From IMG/VR virus record IMGVR_UViG_3300012953_000125, positions 1 to 30,907 of that record: DNA of 30,907 nt, one strand, 5' to 3'. Source of the DNA: a virus. Its lineage: Duplodnaviria > Caudoviricetes. Positions 9,217 to 20,200 of this stretch are shown here, piece after piece; position 1 is the first letter of the stretch; every line of letters begins with the position of its first letter. The translations under genes were made by a program, and so were the position numbers. The notes beneath the pieces were generated by a model. That model saw only the letters and a list, made by a program, of their open reading frames with translations, ran no database searches and was not told the DNA's origin.

Positions 9217-9224
9217 TATAAATA
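9217..9224 (+). promoter_or_regulatory. T4 late promoter TATAAATA, 5 nt before the gp25 ATG
   Basis: Exact consensus, intergenic. Confidence 0.8.
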
Positions 9225-9229
9225 GAAGT

Positions 9230-9649
9230 ATGGCAGACTTAAAATCAGAAGGACAAAACGTTGCAAACACAAAACTCTATGCAGATATAGATTTTAGGTT
9301 TAAACCACACCCAATTACTGGTGACGTAACTATCAAATATGACAGTGACGCTATCAGACGTGCAGTCAGAAATATTGTTCTAACTAATTTTTATGAAAGA
9401 CCATTCAAACCAAGTTTGGGGTCTTCGATAAGAAATCAATTATTTGAATTAGATACAGATAGAAAGACAAGAAGACTTGCACGAAAAGTTCAAAAAATTA
9501 TAGAAGACTTTGAACCAAGAGTAGAGAAGGTAAAAGTTTTATTAGGTGAAGTATCAGATAGAAATGAAATGAATGTGACTATTTTTTACAATATAAAAAA
9601 CAGCGCCCAACAACAAGAAATGGATTTTACCGTTAACAGGGCAAGATAG
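9230..9649 (+). CDS. gp25: Baseplate wedge subunit gp25
   Basis: YADIDFRFKPHP, AIRRAVRNIVLTNFYERPFKPSLGS and FEPRV motifs. Confidence 0.92.
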   Translation: MADLKSEGQNVANTKLYADIDFRFKPHPITGDVTIKYDSDAIRRAVRNIVLTNFYERPFKPSLGSSIRNQLFELDTDRKTRRLARKVQKIIEDFEPRVEKVKVLLGEVSDRNEMNVTIFYNIKNSAQQQEMDFTVNRAR

Positions 9650-9659
9650 GGGACACTAA

Positions 9660-11534
9660 ATGGCAGTTAAAAGTTCAGCACTAAATGTAACTGATTTAGA
9701 CTTTGACGATATAAGTCAAAATCTGAAAAGTTATTTAAAGGGACAAGACAGTTTAAAAGATTACGACTTTGAAGGTTCAACACTTTCAATGTTAATAGAC
9801 TTACTTGCATATTCATCACATATCGGGGCAGTGAATACAAACATAGCTGCTTCAGAGTTATTTTTAGACTCCGCACAAATGAGAAAGAACGTTGTATCTC
9901 GTGCGAAGGATTTAGGTTTTACTCCTGCTTCAGAAACTGCCTCTACAGCAATCATTGACCTAACCATGAACAACGTAAGAAATGCAGACGGAACTTATCC
10001 GAGTGCAAATGAAATGGCGATTCCTGCAGGAACTAGATTCTCAACTATGTATGACGGTAAAGCATACAATTTTGTTTGTAGTGCAGGTGTAACACCTCTT
10101 TCAAATTCAAAAAGTTTTACTTACCAAGGTGTTAATTTAAAACAAGGAACAAACGCAAGTGATATATTTGTTTATGATAGACAAATATCAAATCCTAAAT
10201 TTGTATTGAGTCAAGGAAGAATAGATAGGACTGCATTAACTGTATCTGTAAACTCAGGTGGAGTAAGCACTGCATACGCACTTGCAAGTGATATCTCAAA
10301 TATTCTTTCTACAAGTCAAGTATACTTTACTCAAGAAAATGAAGACGGATTTACCGAAGTATATTTTGGTGACGGTAGTATTGGTGCAGAATTAAATGAC
10401 GGAGATATCATTACAGTTCAATATACTATTGTAGACATAACACATGCTAATGGTGCAAATACATTTACTCTTACAGACGCAATAAATGGATTTTCAGATT
10501 CAACAGTAGTAGTAACAAGTCCTGCACAAGGTGGTGCAGAGAAAGAAAGTGTAGAGTCGATAAAATTTAAAGCAACGAAATTCTATTCTTCACAAAATAG
10601 ATTGGTTACCTTGAATGACTACAAGGCGAAAGTATCAGAATATTATCCAAATGCAGACGCAGTTGCAGTATGGGGTGGTGAAGATAATGACCCACCAACT
10701 TATGGTAAAGTTTTTGTTGCAATCAAACCTTTAAACAGCGACTACCTATCTGATACAGAAAAAACTTTAGTTAAACAAAATCTAAACAAACTTAATATGA
10801 TTACAGTAAGACCTGAAATTGTAGACGCAGAAATTATTAAAATTATGATTACTACTGTATTCAAGTATAACGAAAAATTAACAGATTTAACAAGCGGTGA
10901 GTTAGAAACTTTAGTTAAGAACACTATCATACAATATGATACAGATAATCTTAACAATTTCGATAGTATATTCAGACATTCAAATCTTCTTAAAACTATT
11001 GACGAGTCTGATAGTTCAATTCTATCAAACATATCTAACGTAAGACTTAAACTTAAGAAAAAGATTTTATTACTAGGTCAAAATGCTGGTATAACAGTAG
11101 ACTTTGGTAATCCGTTGTATAATCCACACTCAGGGCACAATGCAGGTGCTGGTGGTATTACAGCGACAACAGGATTTTACATTAGTGGCGATACTACCAA
11201 CATCATGTATTTTGATGATGACGGTTCAGGTAAGATTCGTAGATATTATCTATCAGGTTCTACAAGAATCTATCAAGATAATGAAGCGGGAACTATCACA
11301 TACGGCACTGGTAAAATATCAATCAATTCTTTGAACATAACCTCAACGGTTAATTCAGACAATACGATTGATTTCACTTTAATACCTAACTCAAATGATG
11401 TTATTGCTAAAAGAGGTTCGTTAATCGATATCTCTTCTGCTGATATCAAGGTCACAAGTGAATTGGACACCGTTGCAAGCGGTGAATCGAGTGCTGGTGT
11501 AGGATTTACTCCAACATCAACCTCGACTTATTAA
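9660..11534 (+). CDS. gp6: Baseplate wedge subunit gp6
   Basis: LDFDDISQNLKSYL, DYDFEGS, FLDSAQMRKNVVSRAKDLGF, YFGDG, ESVESIKF, QNRLVTLNDY and WGGEDNDPPTYGKVF motifs. Confidence 0.93.
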   Translation: MAVKSSALNVTDLDFDDISQNLKSYLKGQDSLKDYDFEGSTLSMLIDLLAYSSHIGAVNTNIAASELFLDSAQMRKNVVSRAKDLGFTPASETASTAIIDLTMNNVRNADGTYPSANEMAIPAGTRFSTMYDGKAYNFVCSAGVTPLSNSKSFTYQGVNLKQGTNASDIFVYDRQISNPKFVLSQGRIDRTALTVSVNSGGVSTAYALASDISNILSTSQVYFTQENEDGFTEVYFGDGSIGAELNDGDIITVQYTIVDITHANGANTFTLTDAINGFSDSTVVVTSPAQGGAEKESVESIKFKATKFYSSQNRLVTLNDYKAKVSEYYPNADAVAVWGGEDNDPPTYGKVFVAIKPLNSDYLSDTEKTLVKQNLNKLNMITVRPEIVDAEIIKIMITTVFKYNEKLTDLTSGELETLVKNTIIQYDTDNLNNFDSIFRHSNLLKTIDESDSSILSNISNVRLKLKKKILLLGQNAGITVDFGNPLYNPHSGHNAGAGGITATTGFYISGDTTNIMYFDDDGSGKIRRYYLSGSTRIYQDNEAGTITYGTGKISINSLNITSTVNSDNTIDFTLIPNSNDVIAKRGSLIDISSADIKVTSELDTVASGESSAGVGFTPTSTSTY

Positions 11535-11536
11535 CC

Positions 11537-11576
11537 ATGGATAAAGCGGTCAGGAGTCCCCTGAGTAGTTTACCAT
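11537..11576 (+). promoter_or_regulatory. Predicted RNA hairpin in the leader of the 159-aa gene
   Basis: ATGG-A-TAAA / TTTA-CCAT outer stem, 4x4 internal loop, TCAGG / CCTGA inner stem, loop AGTCC. No U-tract follows. Confidence 0.45.
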
Positions 11577-11606
11577 TAAATTGGATTAAAATAGGAGAAA
11601 ATTCAA

Positions 11607-12086
11607 ATGGCAGATAAAAAAATATCAGCGTTGACAGCAGTAGCGGACGCAGACATAGGCGGTGATGATTTACTTCACATCGTTGACAATCCTGGCGGAA
11701 CGCCAGTAAACAAAAAGATGACTATTGCTCAACTTTTTGAAAATATCCCAACTCATTTAGCGGTTGACGATATTACAACAGTAACAGCAACTGCAAGTAA
11801 CCTTGCTTCTTCTTTCGCAACTGCGATTGATTTATCAGGTGCTTCAGGTAACGTTGCATTTACGTTAGACAACGGAACAGACGTTGGTCAGTTAAAATTG
11901 ATTTATCAAAAAACTGAACCTGCAAGTTCTCATGCGGCTAACATTACTGTAACTAGTTTCGGAAGTGGAACAAGTTCAAGTAACCAAATCGTTCAAGATA
12001 CTTTGGGTGATGCAGTTATTTGTGTTTGGGACGGTTCTAACTGGTTTGTTTTAGCAAACTTTAACAGCACAGTTACACTATCATAA
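11607..12086 (+). CDS. Putative virion structural / baseplate decoration protein (MADKKISAL N-terminus)
   Basis: Strong AGGAG SD. The xKISxL N-terminal motif is common in phage fibre proteins. Beta-rich C-terminal domain ends WDGSNWFV. Sits between gp6 and gp7. Confidence 0.7.
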   Translation: MADKKISALTAVADADIGGDDLLHIVDNPGGTPVNKKMTIAQLFENIPTHLAVDDITTVTATASNLASSFATAIDLSGASGNVAFTLDNGTDVGQLKLIYQKTEPASSHAANITVTSFGSGTSSSNQIVQDTLGDAVICVWDGSNWFVLANFNSTVTLS

Positions 12087-15000
12087 TGAGCGGAATTGGA
12101 AGCGTAGACAAACTTTTACCTAGACTAAACAGTCTAGTTCCCGACTTTGTTCAGTCAGAGTCGCCAGAGTTTGTCGCCTTCCTAAAAGCTTATTTTGAGT
12201 TTCTAGAACATGAAACAATAGTTCTCAAAAGTCAATCGACTATTGATAACTTCGGTTTGGAAGATGGAAGCGGTGACATATTATTTGAAACCGCAACCAT
12301 CTCTCCTTCCCAAACAGATACTAATAAAATATTATTAGAACAATCCGCAGATAACCCTGATATAAATGCTGACCCTTTTGTAACAGGAGAATATATTGTC
12401 GGTAATACATCTAAATCAGTTGCAAAAATAAATGTTGTTAACGGAACACAAATGTTCGTTAAAACAATATCAGGAATGGGTTTCAAAGCAAATGAAACTG
12501 TAACTGGAAGAACTAGTAATCAAACAGGTATTGTTTCCGCATATAAAGAATCAACAATTCGTGCAAACAATAAACTATTAGATTACTCAGACATAGATAA
12601 AACAACGGAATCATTCTTAGATTATTTCCAAAAAGATTTCATGCCCTCTCTTGACGCAAGTTTAAATGCAAATAAGAGAACAACAATAAAACATATCAGA
12701 GACCTTTACCAAAAGAAAGGTTCACCTGATTCATTAAAGTTCCTTTTAAGACTTCTATATGGGCAAGAAGCAGAGGTAACATATCCATACGATAATACAA
12801 TTAAGTCAAGTGATTCTTCTTACGGTTCTGAAAGAAGAATGGTAATTAATGTTCCTATAATTAAAGACTTACCAAAAGCAACAGACACGATTACTGAATA
12901 TGATTCAGGTGTAATCTATGCACAAGGTATTATTAATATTGTTTATCCTGTATCAGGTTCGGATACATTATACTCACTTGATATTACAAATATAGCAAGT
13001 AAAGAGTTTAGACAAGGTTCTACTATAGAATTAAAAGATAGAGATACTAAAGAAACAAGAGAAGGAACTGTTTCGGGTATCATACAAACTTTCAATCAAA
13101 ATGATTCTTCCATATATCTTGACCACGGAGATAGTGGTGATATTCTTTTAGAAGACGGTAGTGGTTTATTATTTGAAGGAAGTTTTGCTTCAGCGGGTTC
13201 ACTATATGCTGACAACGACAAGATTGATTTTCAAGGTGCAAAAGATAATAATACAGCTGAGGTTGCTACTTCTGTAATTGAAGGAATACAAACAGGTTCT
13301 GTAGAAGAAGTTTATATTGAAGATGACGGTTCAGGTTATGAAGGTGGCGATATGGTTATCTTTGATAATAGAGGAACCAACGGAGACGGTGCATTTGGTA
13401 TGATTGGTTCTGCTGGAGACGAACTATTCCAAGAAGCAGGAACAAGATTTGGATACTATCAATTTACCGCAACAGCAGGACAAACAGTTTTTAGTGGTTA
13501 TGATAATTACGGACAACAAGTAATTTATGAAGACCACAACAGACACGTTTTTGTAAATGACGTAGAACAAACAACAGGATTTAGCACACAAGGAAGTATA
13601 CTAACTTTCAATTCAGGATTAAGTGCTGGTGACCAAGTAGAAATCTATACGGAGTATATGAGAATTCTACAAGAGGACGGTTCAGTAGTAAATCTTGAAA
13701 CAACAAATTCAAATATAAGAAAAGTAACTCTAATTAATAAAGGAACAGGTTACTCAAGTTTACCATTATGTGGCCCAGGCGGATACATTTATCCCGCTTC
13801 TTTAACTGGATTCACTGCAGGTGAAGTTATAACAGGACAAGCGGGTGCAACAGCAGTAATCGCTTTAGTTAATAACGAAAAAGGTAGACTAGAAGTATAT
13901 CGTAGACCAACAGATACAGGAAGTTTTAATACCAATGAAACATTAACTGGTGGTGGTAGTGGAACAGTATCCACTATTGTTCAACACCAAGTTTCTTCGG
14001 GAACAGGTGCAAAATTATTTGCATTCTCAAAAAGTATTGGTAGAGTTGGAACACTTAATTTACAAACACAAGGTCATTCATATCTTTCAGATGCACATGT
14101 AGCTGCTTCTTCGACATATCCTATGTTGATATCCGCACCAAGTGTTGCATTATCAAGAGACACAATCATAACAGGTGCAGTATCAGGTTCAACTGCAAGT
14201 GTGATTGACTTTAATTCTAATACACAACTTTTAAAAGTTAAAGATATGACTAATATGTTTTTAGAAAATGAAAACGTAACATATCCAAATGGTGGAACCT
14301 TTAAAATTCATGCATTCAATCCTTTCACTGGTAGAGGAACAATGGCAGGTGAAGGATTTATAAACAAGGGAACAACCAGTGACATAGGTGCTCTATCAGT
14401 TTCAGGACAATCAATTACAGATAGTAAATTTTATTAATCGCATTCTTATGTTGTAAGAATAGGTGAGAGTATCAACAAGTTCCGTTCAATAGTAAAAGAT
14501 TTAGTTCACCCTGCAGGACATATATTCTTTGGTGAAGTTGCGGTAACTAATAATGTTTCCATGAACGTTGCAGACGCAGACCATGTAAAATTTAGACCGA
14601 CTATTGTTATTAATGCTGGTGGAACCGATGACTTTACAGACGCAAGTGTTGGATTAGCAAATAGAACTGGACAAAGACAAGAAGTAGAAATATACTCATT
14701 ATCTACAGAAGAACATGACTTAGCATATGCACCAATGATTGCATTAGTTAATGAATCGATACCAAGTCCAAGCACAGACCCAAGAACAGGTGGGTCGATT
14801 ACTGAACCAAGAACAGAACATGGTGATTCTTCGCACAGACAAAGACATATAAACATTCTTAAGATTGTTTCCAAAAATGCAGAAGTCAATCAGGTTGGTA
14901 TGTGGACACCAACAGGTGGTATTCCAACAACCATATCTTTAGAAAGTGGTGACGGAACCTTTGACCCATACTTTGTTCTACAAACAAATGTAAATGGTGG

Positions 15001-15646
15001 GCCAGAAAGAAGACCTACACGTAACGGTAAACCTCTTCCAATAAATCCACACCATGAAGAAGTTCTTGTTTTAGAAGACAATACAAGAATTGAAATGGAA
15101 GAAGTCGTATGTAAATTAAGAATGGAACCTAGAAGAAATGCAGAAGTTAAAGGCGACTTTGGTGACGTAATGGTAATGGAAGACGGAACAACCATGCGTC
15201 TTGAAAGTGCAACAACAATTGAAGAGGTTAATTATTTTGTAACAGAAAGAACAAGAGAAAATTTAATAGAAAGATATATGCAAACCGAAGACGGTTATTC
15301 TATTACTATGGAAGACGATAGTAGATTAGTTGTAGAGGGGGTCAGTGAGAATGCTGTAACCTCGTCATTTGTATCTTTCGGAACTTCGTTTAATGACCTA
15401 AATATAATCAGTGGTCAACAAGTATATGATATTGCATATTATATTAAAGACGAAACAGATAATGACGACTTCTTATTAGAAGACGGCACAGGTGTTATCA
15501 TGAGTGAAGTCTCAAAACCCGAAGGACTTAGAATCCAAGACATGGAAACTTTCTTCCCTAACACCTTTATCCCAAAATTTTCCGACCATGCTAGAGATAG
15601 AACTAACATAACTTACTCAGCATACGTTAAATCGGGAACAAATTAA
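12086..15646 (+). CDS. gp7: Baseplate wedge initiator gp7-like (~1186 codons), interrupted by an in-frame TAA at 14435-14437
   Basis: N-terminal LVPDFV...FVAFLKAYFEFLE and IKHIRDLYQKKGS...FLLRLLYG. The frame continues through the stop (ITDSKFY*SHSYVVRIGESINKFRSIVKDLVHPAGHIFFGEV) into the 14561 ORF. Lies between gp6 and gp8. Confidence 0.8.
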
Positions 15647-15648
15647 TT

Positions 15649-15685
15649 TTTATAACAACAGTTGTTATAAATAGAAGTATAAATA
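15649..15685 (+). promoter_or_regulatory. Tandem late promoters (TATAAATA at 15666-15673 and 15678-15685) overlapped by a 23-bp palindrome
   Basis: TTTATAACAAC-A-GTTGTTATAAA followed by two exact consensus boxes. AGGAG SD before gp8. Confidence 0.75.
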
Positions 15686-15711
15686 CATTATATCTTAGGA
15701 GATAGAATCAA

Positions 15712-17190
15712 ATGGCAGCAATAATTACAGAAAAGTTTCGTATACACAATGCGAGACAATTTAAAGAGGACTTTGGTGAAGCAGCTTCGTCAACATTCCT
15801 TTTCATAGGACGACCACAACAGTGGGACGCATCAGACACAACCCCAACACCTTCAAACTCTATTGGAGAGATGGTAGACGCATATACAGATATGATAGCA
15901 ATGAAGAAAATAAGTTCTTCTGACGTATCACATGCTTTGGTAAGAAGGGATTGGACAACAGGAACAACTTATGACGAGTATGCACATGATTATAGTGCAA
16001 CAAATACTTCTCCTGCTTCTTCATCGAATAACTTGTATGATTCAAGATACTTTGTTATTACTGATGACTATAATGTATATAAATGTATAAGAACAGGAAG
16101 AGATAGTTCAGGTAACGTAGTTGCATCTACAGTTAAACCTACAGGAACTGCTACAACACCATTTCTAGTATCTGACTCAGGAGCTGCCGCTAACCGAGGA
16201 TACATTTGGAAATACATGTATTCAGTTTCTGCTTCCGAAACTATCAAGTTCGTAACAAACGATTTTATTCCAGTAAAAACATTAGGTGCACAAACAGAAG
16301 TCAATGGTGACTTAGGTGCATTTGGTTCCGCAGGTTCAGATGACGGTTCTACACAATATGACGTAGAGTTAGCTGCCGTGGACGGTGGTATCCACCACGT
16401 AGTAGTTAGTAATGGTGGTGCAGGATATACTAATGGAACTTACGCTAGTGTCCCAGTAGTTGGAGACGGAAGTGGCGCAACAGTATCAGTCGTGGTATCA
16501 GGTGGTGCAGTAACAGAAGTTTTCGTGCAAACAATAGGTTCACATGAAGGAACTGGTTACAGACGTGCTTCAATTAATATTGACGACATTTCAGGAATCG
16601 GAACACCTTCAACAAGTGCAGTAGTAAAACCAATCATATCACCAATATATGGACATGGTGCTAATCCAATTGAAGAATTGGGTGGAATATACGTTATCGT
16701 AAATTCAAGATTAGAATTCGCAGAAGGAAGTGGTGACTTCCCAGTCGATAATGATTTCAGACGAATCGGTCTAATTCAAGACCCATTCCAAGACGACACT
16801 ACTACAGTTTCAACAGACTCAACTTTAAGTGCAATGTATAAAATGACACTAAGTTCAGTATCAGGTCTTGCAAAAGACGATACAATTCTAAGTGCGAGTT
16901 CTGACGGAACAGGTGTTGCAAAAAGCACAATAGTTTCAATTGACACAAGTAATAAATTTGTTTATCATTTACCTCAAGCAAATAGTAAAGGTGAATACGT
17001 GAACTTCGCAACTAGTGGAACAAATACAGTATTTGTAGGTTCTACAAACATAGGAACAGTTAGTGCAGTTGATTCAGATTATCCCGAAGTGCAACCACAT
17101 TCGGGTGAAATCATTTACATAGAGAACAGAGGTGCGGTATCTAGGGCTTCAGACCAAATTGAAGATATCAAACTTATTGTTCAGATGTAA
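15712..17190 (+). CDS. gp8: Baseplate wedge subunit gp8
   Basis: MAAIITEKFRIHNA, RRDWTTGTTYD, YNVYKC, GYIWKYMY, GHGANPIEELG, NDFRRIGLI and EDIKLIVQM motifs. Confidence 0.9.
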   Translation: MAAIITEKFRIHNARQFKEDFGEAASSTFLFIGRPQQWDASDTTPTPSNSIGEMVDAYTDMIAMKKISSSDVSHALVRRDWTTGTTYDEYAHDYSATNTSPASSSNNLYDSRYFVITDDYNVYKCIRTGRDSSGNVVASTVKPTGTATTPFLVSDSGAAANRGYIWKYMYSVSASETIKFVTNDFIPVKTLGAQTEVNGDLGAFGSAGSDDGSTQYDVELAAVDGGIHHVVVSNGGAGYTNGTYASVPVVGDGSGATVSVVVSGGAVTEVFVQTIGSHEGTGYRRASINIDDISGIGTPSTSAVVKPIISPIYGHGANPIEELGGIYVIVNSRLEFAEGSGDFPVDNDFRRIGLIQDPFQDDTTTVSTDSTLSAMYKMTLSSVSGLAKDDTILSASSDGTGVAKSTIVSIDTSNKFVYHLPQANSKGEYVNFATSGTNTVFVGSTNIGTVSAVDSDYPEVQPHSGEIIYIENRGAVSRASDQIEDIKLIVQM

Positions 17191-17215
17191 TTGATAATTA
17201 AAAAGAGATAAAAAT

Positions 17216-20200
17216 ATGCCTGAGAAAGTAGACTTAAATGTATCGCCCTATTATGACGATTATAATGAAGATAGTAAGTATCATAAGGTGCTTTATCGTC
17301 CTAGTAGACCAATACAAGCAAGAGAGTTAACTCAAGGTCAATCTATTCTTCAAAACCAAATCGAACGATTTGGTGACCACATGTTCAAAGAAGGAAGTAT
17401 CATTACTGGTGCTGAATCTAATGTGGACATGGACGTTATCTATGTAAAAGTAGAAAGTTCAAATCCTAATAGTTTAGGAACAGTAGGCGTAGAAAATTAC
17501 AGAACTTCTTTTGATACCAAATACCTTCAAGGTAAAACTTCGGGAGTTGTTGCACAGGTTGTAACTTCATATGCAGAAACTACTTCTGATGCGATTACCT
17601 ATATTGTCAGAAATTATAAATCAGGAACTGACACAGACAACTCAAGTAGATTCTCCGCAGGAGAAGAACTTCAAGAAGTAGTTATAGACTCAAGTGGTAA
17701 TGCTACTTCAGCAAGTAACAATAACGAATTAAAAGTAAAAGACTCAACACATACCCCAGTAGGACGTTCTTCATTAGCAGAAATCCAAGAAGGGGTTGTA
17801 TTTGTTAGAGGATTTTTTGTTAAAGTTAGTAAACAACAAATAACACTTGAAAAATATTCAGGTTCACCTAGTTATAGAGTTGGTCTAGAAATTGCAGAAA
17901 CCCTAGTGGGAACTTCTGGCGACTCTACACTTTTTGATAACGCACAAGGTTCTTCTAACGAGAATGCCGCTGGTGCTGACAGATTAAAAATTGAATTAAC
18001 TTTAGCAAAACATCTTATAGACGCAACAACAGACGCAAACTTCGTTGAATTAATGAGAGTTAATAATGGAGTAATGGAACTATCTATTCAAAGACCTGAA
18101 TACAATGCATTCCAAAGTCTTCTTGCACAGAGAACATTCGATACTTCGGGTGACTTTATTGTAAGACAGTTTGTGCCTATTCTTAAAGAACATTTAGATG
18201 ACGGAACTAATGGTGGTATTTACTCTACACTTAATGGTGGAGATAGTAATCAATTCTGTATAAAAGTATCTGCTGGTAAAGCATATGTCAAAGGTTATGA
18301 TGTAGAGAGACCAGTTGGTTCAACAATAGCAATTAAAAAGGCAAGAAACACTGCAAGTCTAACAGGTGCATCGACACCAGTCAGACTCGGTAACTTTATT
18401 AAAATCAAAAACTCACATGGTCTTCCTGAGTTTGGTAACGAAGCAGGAACAGACGCACAATCACCATATGGTATCGTTAAATTATTTGACGGCGTAATAG
18501 CAACGCCTGGAACTGAAAATTCACTCTCATCAACAAGTAGACAAATTGGTTTTGCAAGAATTAGAAATTTTGATTTCGATACTGCAGGAACTTCTAACAG
18601 TGATGAAGTGTGGGATAATGCAACTAGATTTAATGCATATCTTTTTGATATCAAAATGTTTACTGCTCTCAGATACAGTAACCATTCAGGAACTGCAGTA
18701 GTAGGTGATAAAGTAACAGGTTCAGTTTCGGGTGCAACAGGAATTATTGCATATGACCATACAGCTGCTTCTGGCGGTGGAACCAACGGTGCATTATTTG
18801 TCCATGACGTAGTTGGAACATTTACCTCAGCAGACGCAATTAGTTCGACAAACGGAACGTTTGCAATGACAACTGCTCAACACATTGGTGAAAACTTTTG
18901 TGGAACAGATAACCAAGTTAGAACATATAATATAGATAGAGTTCGTGGAATTTCACAAGCACCCAAAACAGGAACGAGAGAAACATTTACTGGTGACGTA
19001 TTTACAGATAACGACTTTATCTTAACAGGACAAGCAACAATTAATGGAACTGCATTAACAGGTTTTGCAAGTAAGTTTACTTCTGAATTAAAAGAAGGTG
19101 ACATAGTTATTGACGGTGCTGGTGCAGAACAAGTTGTATCATCAGTAACAAGTGATACAGCTGTTGTATTAACTGCAAGTGCAGCTGCATTATCAAACAC
19201 AAACGTAACAAGAAGAAGAACAAGAGTATTTCTTCAAGACCAAACTGCATCTATCTATGCATGGCCGAGAGACTATGTAAAAACACATGCACCTGACCAA
19301 GTTCAAGTAAGAAGGTCACAAAACGTAACAATATCAAGTGGTGCGATTACATTATCAAGTGGTTCTGCTGAAACATTCTCAACAAGAACAAATGATAATT
19401 ATGTATTCTCATGTGTTGAAGCTTCAACAAATGGTTCAGCAACTTTCGCCGCTGGAGATATGATTGACGTAGTTAATAATTTAGCTGGTAGTCCTTTTAC
19501 AGATAGTATAGTTGGTAATAACTTAGAGATTAGTGGTTTCCCAACTGCAGATAATGGCGCAATTCTAAAAGTAACATTTACTGTAGATATTAATACACCA
19601 GTCAACAGAGATAAATCATTAAAACAAGCAAGGTGTTTATCAGTAGTAAATAGTAGAACAACAGGTGGATTCTATGGAACATGTTATAATGATAAAGAAA
19701 TATCATTAGGTGTTGCAGACTGTTATAAAGTTCGTGCGGTGTATGAAGGTGACGGGGTTAACGCACCTTTACCGCCTTCAGCAACTTTTACAGAAACTTC
19801 AAATCCTGCTGTTGCATTCCAAAGTTTTGAAGTTGTTAAAGGTAATACCTCAGACGCACGTGCAATCATTGTAAATTATAATGGTTCTGCTAATAAAAGT
19901 TTCTTTTACTATCAAGGTAATTCAGTTTTCACAGAAGGTGAAACTATTATAGGACAAACTTCTAAAGCAGTAGGAACAGTTACAGCTGTTACAAGTGGTG
20001 CAACAAATATAACTTCAAGATATTTATTTGACGATGGTCAAAGAGACGGATTCTATGACCATGGTAAATTAGTTCTTAAACCAGGCACACCACCTGCAAA
20101 CAACAGATTACTAATATTATTTGATTACTTTACTTCAACAGGTAATGGTGATTTCTTTGACGTTAATTCATATGCAGGTTTAGAATATGAAGAAATACCA

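Noticed and set aside
14435-14437. Genome-wide stop codon reassignment (TAA to Gln)
   Set aside because: TAA terminates most genes here at the expected positions, and only one internal TAA was seen.
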